Shown: positions 1-13,020, numbered from the whole stretch's first letter. The stretch is DNA of 63,865 bases, filler included, from Lama guanicoe (GCA_013239625.1; 206 parts of 206 records of this genome joined end to end with filler, not necessarily neighbours in it), one strand, 5' to 3'. Translations and numbers: made by a program. Notes: generated from the sequence alone by a model not told the origin.

Positions 1-210
1 ATGTAAAGATAACTCTGATGCTGTTGCTGTAAAGAACAACAGGAAATAGCGATGTTCCTAGAGAGGATCACCAGGGTCAAGGAAGCGCTCATAAGAAGGG
101 AAATTATCAGAGCAGTCTGTGTGCAGATGAGAATAATCCAGAGGACATGGAGAAGCTGATAGAGGAGGGAGAAGGAGAGACTGCAGAAGCCAAGTCACGG
201 AGAAAGTGGA
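1..210. mobile_element. Probable old LINE-2 fragment
   Basis: Purine-rich sequence resembling the recalled L2 pattern (gggtcaagga...gcagatgagaataatccag...gagaagctga). Confidence 0.45.
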
Positions 211-620
211 NNNNNNNNNNNNNNNNNNNNNNNNNNNNNNNNNNNNNNNNNNNNTTAATTAATTAANNNNNNNNNNNNNNNNNNNNNNNNNNNNNNNNNN
301 NNNNNNNNNNAATTGGAAGAAGCAGGTTCCACATTGGGTAATTTTCACTTTTTTATTAACTTAAGAAATGGTAAATGACATTGTTTAAAAATGTTCTCTA
401 GTTCATTTTCTGCTTGTTGATATGTAATTATTCATTATAAATTATTTATCTCTTCCTTCATAATTTCAATAGTTTAAGTTTACAGTATATAAATAGTATC
501 ACCAAATAGCTTCTTAATTTNNNNNNNNNNNNNNNNNNNNNNNNNNNNNNNNNNNNNNNNNNNNTTAATTAATTAANNNNNNNNNNNNNNNNNNNNNNNN
601 NNNNNNNNNNNNNNNNNNNN

Positions 621-830
621 TAACTTCCTTAATCAACCTTTTATAGTTCTCTGTGTATAAGTCTTTCCCCGCCTTGGTTAGATTTATTCCTAGGTATTTG
701 ATTATTTTAGGTGCTGTTTTGAAGGGGATTGTTTCTTTACCTTCTTTTCCTGTTGACTCATTGCTAGTGTAAAGAAATGCCACTGATTTTTGTATGTTAA
801 TCTTGTAACCTGCTACCTTCCTGAATTCTT
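621..830 (-). mobile_element. LINE-1 ORF2 fragment (end of RT region)
   Basis: Minus-strand translation ...IPFKTAPKIIKYLGINLTKAGKDLYTENYKRLIKE matches the L1 ORF2 motif KYLGIxLTKxxKDLYxENYK. Confidence 0.95.
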
Positions 831-930
831 NNNNNNNNNNNNNNNNNNNNNNNNNNNNNNNNNNNNNNNNNNNNTTAATTAATTAANNNNNNNNNNNNNN
901 NNNNNNNNNNNNNNNNNNNNNNNNNNNNNN

Positions 931-1070
931 AACATACATATATTCATTTTCACATTCCTTTTCATTATAGGTTACTACAGGATATTGAGTATTGTTTCCT
1001 GTGCCATATAGTATAAACTTGTTTGTTTTATACATAGTAGTTTGCAGTTGCAAAGCTTGAACTCCCAATT
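931..1070 (-). mobile_element. LINE-1 3' UTR fragment (artiodactyl-type)
   Basis: cattataggttactacaggatattgagtattgtttcctgtgccatatagta. Related segments occur at 1551-1760, 44074-44283 and 56192-56402. Confidence 0.85.
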
Positions 1071-1550
1071 CAGCTTTTTAGTCTACCTTACCTCAGCACA
1101 GTATAACATTACATTATTGATAAGGACTGAATTCAAAAGCNNNNNNNNNNNNNNNNNNNNNNNNNNNNNNNNNNNNNNNNNNNNTTAATTAATTAANNNN
1201 NNNNNNNNNNNNNNNNNNNNNNNNNNNNNNNNNNNNNNNNGGGACATTCAGGGAATCTCTTTATGAATAATATTAAATGTCTAATTTACATCATTTTATA
1301 ATGAAAAAAACCAAACATCTCCTTAAAATATATACCCTACACTTCCCAGCTTCCGTCATTATCTTCATAAAAAAGTACGTTTGTCATTATGGACAAGGAC
1401 TCATAAATACATTTGGGATAAGGAGCACAAACAGAAAATCAAGCAAAAGANNNNNNNNNNNNNNNNNNNNNNNNNNNNNNNNNNNNNNNNNNNNTTAATT
1501 AATTAANNNNNNNNNNNNNNNNNNNNNNNNNNNNNNNNNNNNNNNNNNNN

Positions 1551-1760
1551 CATTATAGGTTACTACGAGATATTGAATATAGTTCCCTATGCTGTACAGA
1601 AGAAATTTGTATGTCTATTTTATATATTGTATAAATTAATATCTGCAAATCTCGAACTCCCAGTTTATCTCTTCCCCCCCCCCGTTCCCCCCAGTAACCA
1701 TAAGTTTTCTATGTGAGTCTGTTTCTGTTCTGTAAATAAGTTCATTTGTGTCATTTTTTC
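1551..1760 (-). mobile_element. LINE-1 3' UTR fragment
   Basis: cattataggttactacgagatattgaatatagttccctatgctgtacag...gtaaccataagttttctatgtgagtctgtttctgttctgtaaataagttcatttgt. Confidence 0.9.
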
Positions 1761-2481
1761 NNNNNNNNNNNNNNNNNNNNNNNNNNNNNNNNNNNNNNNN
1801 NNNNTTAATTAATTAANNNNNNNNNNNNNNNNNNNNNNNNNNNNNNNNNNNNNNNNNNNNCCAGTGCAGTATCATGCAGAAAGTATGAAGGAATCTTCCT
1901 TTCTAGTCTCATTCTGTTCTCTGTGTTCATTCCTAGCAGCAGAATCGTGTGAAAGAAGGGAGGGAAAATGCACCATAGGCGTCCCGTGACTCACATGCAA
2001 CCTTGTGAAGAGTAAGGGAGAAGAGAGGGGAGATACACTTCACTGCAACGTGGAAGGGAAAACACCCATGNNNNNNNNNNNNNNNNNNNNNNNNNNNNNN
2101 NNNNNNNNNNNNNNTTAATTAATTAANNNNNNNNNNNNNNNNNNNNNNNNNNNNNNNNNNNNNNNNNNNNCCTCTTGGCCTCACCTCCAGCCCCACGATG
2201 GGACCTGGGCTGTAGGTATACAGGAGTGCTTGAAAGTTTCCGAAGGCAGCTTGCAAAGGCGCCTGTCCACGCTGCTCCATCTCCCGGAGGTCCTTCCCTG
2301 CCAGCTGCCCCCGGGGCTGAGTCTGAATGGCGCTTCCTCTGAGGAGCCCTTGGCCTTGCAGGCGGTTGGCTGTTCTCTGTNNNNNNNNNNNNNNNNNNNN
2401 NNNNNNNNNNNNNNNNNNNNNNNNTTAATTAATTAANNNNNNNNNNNNNNNNNNNNNNNNNNNNNNNNNNNNNNNNNNNNG

Positions 2482-2690
2482 CATAGTCTGAAATGTTTGC
2501 AGTGTAATGAAGTTTTCCAGGATGAGACATGGCTGGCTACCCACGTCCAGCAGGCTGCAGACATGAGTGGACAAAAGACTTGCACTGTCTGCCAGATGCT
2601 ACTTCCTAACCAGTGCAGCTCCGCCTCCCACCAGAGAATCCATCAGCACAAATCTCCCTGCACCTGCCCCGAGTGCAGGGCCATCTGCAG
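2482..2690 (+). pseudogene. ZNF532: C2H2 zinc-finger fragment; probable processed copy of ZNF532
   Basis: Frame from 2482 reads HSLKCLQCNEVFQDETWLATHVQQAADMSGQKTCTVCQMLLPNQCSSASHQRIHQHKSPCTCPECRAIC. Recalled ZNF532 is CLECNEVFQDETSLATHFQQAADTSGQKTCTICQMLLPNQCSYASHQRIHQHKSPYTCPECGAIC. Several non-conservative changes are present. Confidence 0.8.
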
Positions 2691-4960
2691 NNNNNNNNNN
2701 NNNNNNNNNNNNNNNNNNNNNNNNNNNNNNNNNNTTAATTAATTAANNNNNNNNNNNNNNNNNNNNNNNNNNNNNNNNNNNNNNNNNNNNTTAAGTCAGT
2801 GGGTGTCACACACCCATGGGCCTTGTTTGCAAGAGCTGCACAAGGCAAACTGCCAGAGAGCAAATGCTTTCATTCGAGTCAGTATGTCACCTTCTTATAT
2901 GGCCGGGAGGAAAGTGGGTATCAAGACCGTTCCTTCTGAATAAAATCTTTGAACGCAAACAAGACTGCCATTGTAGGCTGTGCAATCCAGCCACACTGTA
3001 NNNNNNNNNNNNNNNNNNNNNNNNNNNNNNNNNNNNNNNNNNNNTTAATTAATTAANNNNNNNNNNNNNNNNNNNNNNNNNNNNNNNNNNNNNNNNNNNN
3101 TTTTTTTTCTTCTCTCTTTGTCTACAACCCCAAACCAGCACTCTGGCTGGCTAACTCAGCTTGGCGTGTGGTCAGGTCTGTAAACCCCTCTGCGCTCCGA
3201 CTCTTGGATGTGTCGTGGTTACGTTTCCATTTCCTGCACAAGTGCGAAGATGGAGTTCAGATGCAAGATTGGATCCTTTGTACCAAGTGCCCCATGAGAA
3301 CCAAAAAAAANNNNNNNNNNNNNNNNNNNNNNNNNNNNNNNNNNNNNNNNNNNNTTAATTAATTAANNNNNNNNNNNNNNNNNNNNNNNNNNNNNNNNNN
3401 NNNNNNNNNNTGTGCCAATTAAAACATAATAATGCTTGCTTTATACATATACAAGGCCATGGGTGTGGATGTTGTTCAATAAATATCTCGCAGGTGGTAC
3501 TAACAAGGTTCAACTGGGGAGTTCCTGCTCCTCTGGCAGACTCCCGGCCCGAGAAGACCCTCAGTCCCGCTGTGAAGAGGCTGCGGACGATGAGGTCAAT
3601 GAAGAAATGCTTCTGAATAANNNNNNNNNNNNNNNNNNNNNNNNNNNNNNNNNNNNNNNNNNNNTTAATTAATTAANNNNNNNNNNNNNNNNNNNNNNNN
3701 NNNNNNNNNNNNNNNNNNNNTCAAACTGCGCAGTGATTAAGTTAGAATGAATTGCCAAAGTATTTCTGGGTGCCAGTAATTTATTAGCTCTCTACCAGTC
3801 TGGAAGAAAAGGATTAGAGCCTGAAGATCCACGGGGGCTCAATATTTACCGATTTCACAGAAAAACGAAAAGAAAAACAAAAAGAGTTCTATAAATCCGT
3901 TTGGGGAACCCAAGCTTAATCAGGTTATTCNNNNNNNNNNNNNNNNNNNNNNNNNNNNNNNNNNNNNNNNNNNNTTAATTAATTAANNNNNNNNNNNNNN
4001 NNNNNNNNNNNNNNNNNNNNNNNNNNNNNNTTTTTTTTAAGAGAAATTAGAATACACTTCTTAATTTGTGAAGAATCCACAGTATTTGCTATTCTGTGAG
4101 GGAGAAAACAATTTGTTTTCCCTAACAAGTTGCTAAAATAGAAGTATCTACTAGTATCAAACTCAAAATAAGAATATTATGGTTGGGTTTTCTGACAGCA
4201 AACATAAACACATCCCCTATATTTTAAGACTAAGGCAATANNNNNNNNNNNNNNNNNNNNNNNNNNNNNNNNNNNNNNNNNNNNTTAATTAATTAANNNN
4301 NNNNNNNNNNNNNNNNNNNNNNNNNNNNNNNNNNNNNNNNATACAGCGTATAATTTAATGTAGAAAACTTGGCCAACAATTTGTTTTTACGGCTAGAGGC
4401 TGCTCGTGGGAGTGCAGCACGCCCTGGAACAGGGATAGGGACAGGTCGGGGGTGCTGTGATTCACGGTGTAAGTTTCCGCCACCAGCCATTGGGCGTCGC
4501 CGGCCACCGTGCCCACACGCGCTCCTGGACGACAGGGCCGCCTCACGGCTNNNNNNNNNNNNNNNNNNNNNNNNNNNNNNNNNNNNNNNNNNNNTTAATT
4601 AATTAANNNNNNNNNNNNNNNNNNNNNNNNNNNNNNNNNNNNNNNNNNNNCCCCTCCGTGGGGGCTCTGCTCTGCTCCCAGCTCCCAGGCTGGGTGGGAT
4701 GGTCTCGGGGACAGTGCCAGGAGAGAGGGGCTGCTCCTCCTCGGGGGGAGGGTTGAGGGGCTGGGGACAGGGTTGAGACATCTCCCCCTTGGTTCTCCCC
4801 GTCAGGCTGCCCAGGCTGCCCAGGCTGCAGAAGCACCCAGAGACCTCCTCAAACACCAAANNNNNNNNNNNNNNNNNNNNNNNNNNNNNNNNNNNNNNNN
4901 NNNNTTAATTAATTAANNNNNNNNNNNNNNNNNNNNNNNNNNNNNNNNNNNNNNNNNNNN

Positions 4961-5170
4961 CTGGTCCTGCACACTCCTGGGCCTACTCGAAGCTGTGCCG
5001 GCACACCCCTGGTCCTGTACACCCCTGGGCCTGCCGTCTCCTGGGCCTACATACTCCCTGTGTCTGCATCCTCCTGGGCTTCCTCCCACCTGTGCCTCCA
5101 CAGTCGTGGGACAGCACAATCCTTGGCCTTCACACTCCTGGGCATGCACCCTTCTGGAAATGCCATCTCC
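4961..5170 (+). repeat. Degenerate short-unit tandem repeat (about 16 bp, core cctgg(g/t)cct..acac)
   Basis: Recurring ctggtcctgcacact / cctgggccta / cctggtcctgtacacc / cctgggcctg / cctgggcctacatact / cctgggcatgcacc. Confidence 0.65.
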
Positions 5171-6820
5171 NNNNNNNNNNNNNNNNNNNNNNNNNNNNNN
5201 NNNNNNNNNNNNNNTTAATTAATTAANNNNNNNNNNNNNNNNNNNNNNNNNNNNNNNNNNNNNNNNNNNNAACTGCCTTCAGTTTTCTTCTGAAACTAGA
5301 TGACACATAAATGAAACATACTTTTGCATTTTCTAATTGCTGAGTCAGTAAAGGGGCCCCATCTTATCGATTCAAACATGTGCCCCTGTTGTTTATTTAT
5401 TTATTTATTTATGGAGCAACTGCCATGTGCCAAGAACCACCCCAGCAGCTGAGAACCCAAAACTTCTGGACGTTAGAAAGNNNNNNNNNNNNNNNNNNNN
5501 NNNNNNNNNNNNNNNNNNNNNNNNTTAATTAATTAANNNNNNNNNNNNNNNNNNNNNNNNNNNNNNNNNNNNNNNNNNNNCGGAGCTTTGAGAGCCAATG
5601 AGAGATGCTCAGTGATCTCCCCGAAGAACCTCCTGGTCTGACCGGATTTGACGTCCTAGATGGCATGCGGTCCCTCCACGAGGCCTGTCTGGGTCAGCTG
5701 GTATCACCAAGTGCAGAAGGTGGCCCTTTGGACATTTCCAGTTTTACCTCTTTCATGGTGCTCATTCCTCCAACAGTATTTACTCACCCTNNNNNNNNNN
5801 NNNNNNNNNNNNNNNNNNNNNNNNNNNNNNNNNNTTAATTAATTAANNNNNNNNNNNNNNNNNNNNNNNNNNNNNNNNNNNNNNNNNNNNAAAACAAAAC
5901 AAAACAAAAACAAAAAACCCAAGCCTGGACAAAAACTACCTGCCTTTGGTATTTTGGTTATTTGTAAATCATGCGATGCCGCCACCCTCACACCCCTGGA
6001 AGGGTGCTTAGTCTGCTTCTCCGTGTAGAACAAGGTTGTATGGAGGAAAGTTCTACCGTGTGCTAATAACCTAGCTTGGATTTCTTTTAAGGTACAGCTT
6101 NNNNNNNNNNNNNNNNNNNNNNNNNNNNNNNNNNNNNNNNNNNNTTAATTAATTAANNNNNNNNNNNNNNNNNNNNNNNNNNNNNNNNNNNNNNNNNNNN
6201 AAGGGAGCCCCGGCCAGTGAAACCTTAGCATGGATTAAGGGTTGCCCAGTGATAGTTGCTGAAAACAGTAACCTGGCAGGTAGAAACGGCGTTCTTGAGG
6301 ACATGGCCACGCTGTCATTGTGGGACAGCACAGGTTAGAAAGCACCTTCCTCTCCGCAAAATTGTGCTCCTTGGCTTTGCGTCTGGTCGGAGAAAAAAAG
6401 CAGTCTCCCGNNNNNNNNNNNNNNNNNNNNNNNNNNNNNNNNNNNNNNNNNNNNTTAATTAATTAANNNNNNNNNNNNNNNNNNNNNNNNNNNNNNNNNN
6501 NNNNNNNNNNGATGCAGATGATCAGATGTGTAGTTAAAGTGCTATTACTTGAAATAAGAAAAACAGAAACATGGTTCTAAAAATACAGCATGAGGGAGGA
6601 GAATTGTCTCAGCTGCTTGCAGTGGGGAGTCTTCTCAGGTGACTCCCTCACCGTGATCCCTTCCAATATCTGCCCCAGCCCTGCACGGTAGTCCTGCCGA
6701 AGCAAGAAAGCACTTTGCTCNNNNNNNNNNNNNNNNNNNNNNNNNNNNNNNNNNNNNNNNNNNNTTAATTAATTAANNNNNNNNNNNNNNNNNNNNNNNN
6801 NNNNNNNNNNNNNNNNNNNN

Positions 6821-7030
6821 GGCTCTCAGCCCAGGGAGCAGTGCCCAAGCCACTGAGCTGGTCCTCAGGTAGCGGGAAATGGAGAGTAGGGCAGCCCCGG
6901 TTTCGCGGGGCAGGGAAAGCGCGGGGTGGTGGGACGCGGGCTGCATCCCCGCTCAGAGGCCAGCCCCAGCCCCAGCCGCCAGGCCCGTCCGGGTCCTCAG
7001 ACCCCGCCCGCCCGGGACACAGCCCGCCCA
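6821..7030. promoter_or_regulatory. GC/CpG-rich fragment, possibly a CpG-island edge
   Basis: High GC with many CpGs in 6895-7030. Confidence 0.45.
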
Positions 7031-8060
7031 NNNNNNNNNNNNNNNNNNNNNNNNNNNNNNNNNNNNNNNNNNNNTTAATTAATTAANNNNNNNNNNNNNN
7101 NNNNNNNNNNNNNNNNNNNNNNNNNNNNNNTCCACTGAACTGGCTCTTTGGTGAGGTTTTCTCAGCTTGGTTCTATACCAGGATTTAGCCTCTCTGATTC
7201 TTTCTTCAAATCTCCGTCTTCCTGACTTGGACAGTATGGTTCCTGGTCATTGTCTCTCAGGTCCTCCTTGGTGCCATCAAAGCCCAGCGGTCAATCCCAG
7301 CACCACCCTCTCCCTGACCTGGGCTCCTGGGGGCCCAGGCNNNNNNNNNNNNNNNNNNNNNNNNNNNNNNNNNNNNNNNNNNNNTTAATTAATTAANNNN
7401 NNNNNNNNNNNNNNNNNNNNNNNNNNNNNNNNNNNNNNNNCCACAACTCTTGAATATATGAAAATGAATTGTTCAGTTTAAATTGGGGAATTGTATAGTA
7501 TGTGAATAAAGCTATTACTGAAATGAAGCTTGGGAAAAAATTAAACATATGTTTGAAAAGTGAGACTCTATTACGGTGCTGGGAATAGAGTAGGTTTGTT
7601 AAGGTCAGAACAGAGTGCTAATAGGAAACAATAATTAGAAAGTATTACATNNNNNNNNNNNNNNNNNNNNNNNNNNNNNNNNNNNNNNNNNNNNTTAATT
7701 AATTAANNNNNNNNNNNNNNNNNNNNNNNNNNNNNNNNNNNNNNNNNNNNGCAGGGCTGCTATAGGAACCCTGTGTTAAAATGTTTGCTGTGGGAAAATA
7801 ATGTCGATCCCTTGAAATTATAAACTGTTTTGTTAAGAGAGAGATACCTTTGCTCACAAAACCTGCGACAGTTAAACCAGTGACTATGCTCTCACTATTC
7901 ACGTTTATACATGTGCACACTTGGGTGACCCCACATGGATGAAGATACAGAAACTTTCCANNNNNNNNNNNNNNNNNNNNNNNNNNNNNNNNNNNNNNNN
8001 NNNNTTAATTAATTAANNNNNNNNNNNNNNNNNNNNNNNNNNNNNNNNNNNNNNNNNNNN

Positions 8061-8270
8061 GCAGGGGGAGGAGAGAGAGCCTTTGGGAACTGACGTAGAG
8101 TAAAATGACAAGCAGTCTAGGAGAGAATCCTGATAAACACCAACATTTAAGAAACAGGTTAAGAAAGAAGAACCTACAAAGTAAACTATGAAAAGCAAAC
8201 AGAGAAGTAGAAGGAAAATCAAGAGAGCCTCTTGTCCCAGAAAACTGTGGAAAGACAACATAAAGAGAGG
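8061..8270. mobile_element. LINE-2 fragment
   Basis: aacaccaacatttaag...gaagaacctacaaag...gagaagtagaaggaaaatcaagagag, typical of recalled L2. Confidence 0.7.
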
Positions 8271-11200
8271 NNNNNNNNNNNNNNNNNNNNNNNNNNNNNN
8301 NNNNNNNNNNNNNNTTAATTAATTAANNNNNNNNNNNNNNNNNNNNNNNNNNNNNNNNNNNNNNNNNNNNCTCTTACTGGTCTTCCAGTGACAAATCATT
8401 TGTCTCCAGCATCCAGAGTTGCCCCCCTCGTGCTGGCTGGGGAGGAATAGGAGGAGTCAAGTCCAGCCCGTGGGACCCAGGGTACCCGGTCCTCCTCTGG
8501 CCAGGCCAACCAAGTCTCATGAGCCTGGCCCAGGCTTTGCTGCTGAGCCCTGGGCTCTGAGACCTTCACAAAGCAGAATCNNNNNNNNNNNNNNNNNNNN
8601 NNNNNNNNNNNNNNNNNNNNNNNNTTAATTAATTAANNNNNNNNNNNNNNNNNNNNNNNNNNNNNNNNNNNNNNNNNNNNGAAGGAAAGCATGTCAGATG
8701 ATCAAGGAAATCACGTCAGACTTTTCCCCGAAACCAAGCGAGTGGCCAGTTCTGAGACATCCCATAGTCAATCACGTGCCCTCACAGAATCATTCCAGGT
8801 ACCGGCCCATTAAGGCAGCTAGTGTGGAAGAAACTCGAGGGATTCGAGCCATGAGTACCATGACATCGTAGTTTTTGTTGGTCGGTTCGTNNNNNNNNNN
8901 NNNNNNNNNNNNNNNNNNNNNNNNNNNNNNNNNNTTAATTAATTAANNNNNNNNNNNNNNNNNNNNNNNNNNNNNNNNNNNNNNNNNNNNACACCAGGTA
9001 CTTTAATGAAACTGATCTAGCAAGACCACTACTTATTTGAGAGCTAGGATGTATCCCATGTTTGCACAATATTGGAGTTGCAAGAGGAGAATTTATATGC
9101 TAAAAAAAAAAAGGACTGTGGTCTGGTATATTTTAGCAAGATTTTTTTCTATAATGTACAATTACATACAGGCATAAATAAAATGCCCTAGGCTTGAAGT
9201 NNNNNNNNNNNNNNNNNNNNNNNNNNNNNNNNNNNNNNNNNNNNTTAATTAATTAANNNNNNNNNNNNNNNNNNNNNNNNNNNNNNNNNNNNNNNNNNNN
9301 GGGGGTTGCGGCCTAGGATGTCTGGATGGAGAGTCTCAGCAGTCTATGGACAAAGTCTCCCGCTCCCAGACCCATTCCAGTACTGGGTCCCCTTCCTCAA
9401 CGCCCGGCGTCTTTGTCTCTCCATCCACCACCTCCATTTCAGGGCAGGTCCGAAGAGCACAGGTGGTAAGAAGCATTTTGAGCTCTTCAGAGAAGGGCAG
9501 GGCTGCTGTANNNNNNNNNNNNNNNNNNNNNNNNNNNNNNNNNNNNNNNNNNNNTTAATTAATTAANNNNNNNNNNNNNNNNNNNNNNNNNNNNNNNNNN
9601 NNNNNNNNNNGAGGCTGTGGGGAGCTCCGCCTCTTTGTTCCCGATTGGCTAGCGACCTGGACTAAGCCGAGTGGCACAGGGTGACTTGGGGGGATGGGTT
9701 GAGGTAGATGTGCCCGGGGGCAGCCACAGCCAGGAATGAGAAAGGGGGCAGGAGGGAAACACAGGCCCTCGTGCCTCGGAGTGGGTTCTGAAGTCGGTGG
9801 GCGAACTACCTGTGTTGTTTNNNNNNNNNNNNNNNNNNNNNNNNNNNNNNNNNNNNNNNNNNNNTTAATTAATTAANNNNNNNNNNNNNNNNNNNNNNNN
9901 NNNNNNNNNNNNNNNNNNNNATTGCTGGGGAAAATGTATATGAAGGAAAACAACCTTCCTTAATACATGTCTCCCAGTTGTGTTGTTTACCAAGAAGAGA
10001 CCCAGACTCTCATCCTACCGGCATCAGCACCTTTGAAAGAATTATTTTTTGTAACATCAGTCATGCATCTTATATCTCAAGTTTTTCAGTTTATAAACTT
10101 TACAACTTTGCACATAAATCCTCACAGGATNNNNNNNNNNNNNNNNNNNNNNNNNNNNNNNNNNNNNNNNNNNNTTAATTAATTAANNNNNNNNNNNNNN
10201 NNNNNNNNNNNNNNNNNNNNNNNNNNNNNNTGAAGTAGAGACATCTTACACAGACATGACTTCCTCAGGCCAGCTATCATGATGAATAATTTGATGTAAA
10301 AATCAGGACATTATAGAGGTAGGAATAGGGACGGGTGTAACATCTGAGGAAGATCATTATTGTAAGCAGGTACTTTTAGATGGAAAGTGATTGGCTCTTG
10401 ATCAGGACTGACCACCATTATTGTGATGGTGGAAAATTCCNNNNNNNNNNNNNNNNNNNNNNNNNNNNNNNNNNNNNNNNNNNNTTAATTAATTAANNNN
10501 NNNNNNNNNNNNNNNNNNNNNNNNNNNNNNNNNNNNNNNNAGTAGAACTGTCAAAAGATTTGGATTAAAAGAATGGAATAAGCGATTTTTTAATACTTAA
10601 AAATACGAGCTTGTTTTCTTTAAGATATGAAATTCGTTGCTCAGAGCTTTGAAAAAAAAAAACCCTACTTCTTTTCAAAAGAGTTTTCAGTGTCTTGATA
10701 GAGGGAAACATAGCAAGACTCAGTTTCCATGTTCTTCTGACAATCCTTGTNNNNNNNNNNNNNNNNNNNNNNNNNNNNNNNNNNNNNNNNNNNNTTAATT
10801 AATTAANNNNNNNNNNNNNNNNNNNNNNNNNNNNNNNNNNNNNNNNNNNNCAAATGTTTTCAATTATGGATTTTTAATGCAGCGCTGCTAACTACTGTAG
10901 TCTGAGCACTTATGTTTAAAGATGAAAATGATGAAGAAAAAAGGTCATACAGTCTACAAGAGACTGTGTGGAAACTAATTATAAAATAACATTTCACATT
11001 ATTTCAACCTTCTTGAGAACAAGTGACTCCAAAATTAGACAAAGAAACAGTGCAGAATCANNNNNNNNNNNNNNNNNNNNNNNNNNNNNNNNNNNNNNNN
11101 NNNNTTAATTAATTAANNNNNNNNNNNNNNNNNNNNNNNNNNNNNNNNNNNNNNNNNNNNGGGGATGGAGGAAGGGGAAGACACACCAGAGTGGGTGGGG

Positions 11201-11780
11201 ACAGACTGCAGGTGGGGAAGCAGGCAGATCCTTCAGGAAGTTTGTCGTCAGAAGTAAGACTGGCTCACATGAGAGGGAAGAAACAGGGAGATGTTTACAG
11301 AGGGGAATAGGAAGTCATCACTGACAAGGAAGAAGATGCAAATTAACTAAATAAAAGTAGCAGGACCGCCNNNNNNNNNNNNNNNNNNNNNNNNNNNNNN
11401 NNNNNNNNNNNNNNTTAATTAATTAANNNNNNNNNNNNNNNNNNNNNNNNNNNNNNNNNNNNNNNNNNNNATTCAGCATGAAAAAAGCACCATTCTCGGG
11501 TCTCCAAAGCCAACCCAGTAACATCAGAAGGACGGTCCATGGAGCGAGGGCAGCAGATGTGGGTGTGAATTTTATCAATGACCCTGAGGTCCAGCATCAC
11601 GGCCTTGATTTCTGTGAGATTTACTCTGCTGCCCAGTGGGGGTGGCTGGAAATTAAGCCGCAGCCACCTCTCGGGCCTGCNNNNNNNNNNNNNNNNNNNN
11701 NNNNNNNNNNNNNNNNNNNNNNNNTTAATTAATTAANNNNNNNNNNNNNNNNNNNNNNNNNNNNNNNNNNNNNNNNNNNN

Positions 11781-11990
11781 GCTATCAGACCATGGAAAGA
11801 GACATGAACCTTAATACATATTACAAAGCAAAAGAAATCAATCTGAAAAAAAAATGTATGGTGTGATTCCAATATATGATGTTCTGGAAAAGGCAAAACT
11901 ATGGAAATGATAAAAAAAAAAAAACAGTGGTTGCCAGGGATTGGGGGAGGGAGGGATGAATAGGTGAGCACTGAGAATTTTTAGGAAAGT
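11781..11990 (+). mobile_element. Old L1M (L1MC-like) 3' region
   Basis: gacatgaaccttaatacatattac...tgtatggtgtgattccaatatatgatgttctggaaaaggcaaaactatgga...cagtggttgccaggg. Confidence 0.85.
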
Positions 11991-13020
11991 NNNNNNNNNN
12001 NNNNNNNNNNNNNNNNNNNNNNNNNNNNNNNNNNTTAATTAATTAANNNNNNNNNNNNNNNNNNNNNNNNNNNNNNNNNNNNNNNNNNNNATTAAACAGT
12101 ACTTTAAACAAAACTGAAACCCAAAGTGGGATTTGGAGCTCACCTCTGAGCTCACGAAAATGTGAAGACGGTCTAAGTCCAGGTCAAAGTGGTCAAATTG
12201 CTTGGAATTCGGTCTGATATTTTTTCCTTGTTAATTAAAAAAGGGATTATTTTCTCCTGCCAGTGAGTGGCCTTTGGGTTGGGAATATTGTATAACCCAA
12301 NNNNNNNNNNNNNNNNNNNNNNNNNNNNNNNNNNNNNNNNNNNNTTAATTAATTAANNNNNNNNNNNNNNNNNNNNNNNNNNNNNNNNNNNNNNNNNNNN
12401 TTATCAGCTTTCGGCAGACGGCCCCAGCCAGACGGCGGACCGCGAGGGCGGGGATTGACCCCGACCTTTTCAGAAGGTCTCTGTAAAAGCAGGTCACACT
12501 CACTGTAAATGAAGATCATCCAAACGGGAAAATGCAGGGACGGATGAACATTTCGGTTGGGATCCAGCCCCAGAGACAGCCACCATCCACCCTCTTGGTA
12601 CCATCCCTCTNNNNNNNNNNNNNNNNNNNNNNNNNNNNNNNNNNNNNNNNNNNNTTAATTAATTAANNNNNNNNNNNNNNNNNNNNNNNNNNNNNNNNNN
12701 NNNNNNNNNNCAGGACCCGATGCACATGGTGCTGGTGCGGGGCCTTGTGCTGTCCGTTGCGGGTGGCTCAGCCCCAGGCCCCCTCCAGCCAGAGTAGTCT
12801 GTGCCCTGCCTCCAGCTCCACCCTCAGGGGCTACACTCTCGGCAGCCCCCCAGCAGCCTCTGCCTCGCCCCACCAGTTCCTCAGCAGTAGTACCAGGTCC
12901 CCGGGAACCTAAGTGCAGCTNNNNNNNNNNNNNNNNNNNNNNNNNNNNNNNNNNNNNNNNNNNNTTAATTAATTAANNNNNNNNNNNNNNNNNNNNNNNN
13001 NNNNNNNNNNNNNNNNNNNN

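Noticed and set aside
12495..12610. Minus-strand exon ending at a GTGAGT donor near 12503
   Set aside because: None of the three frames gives a protein I recognise, and a donor-like hexamer alone is common by chance.
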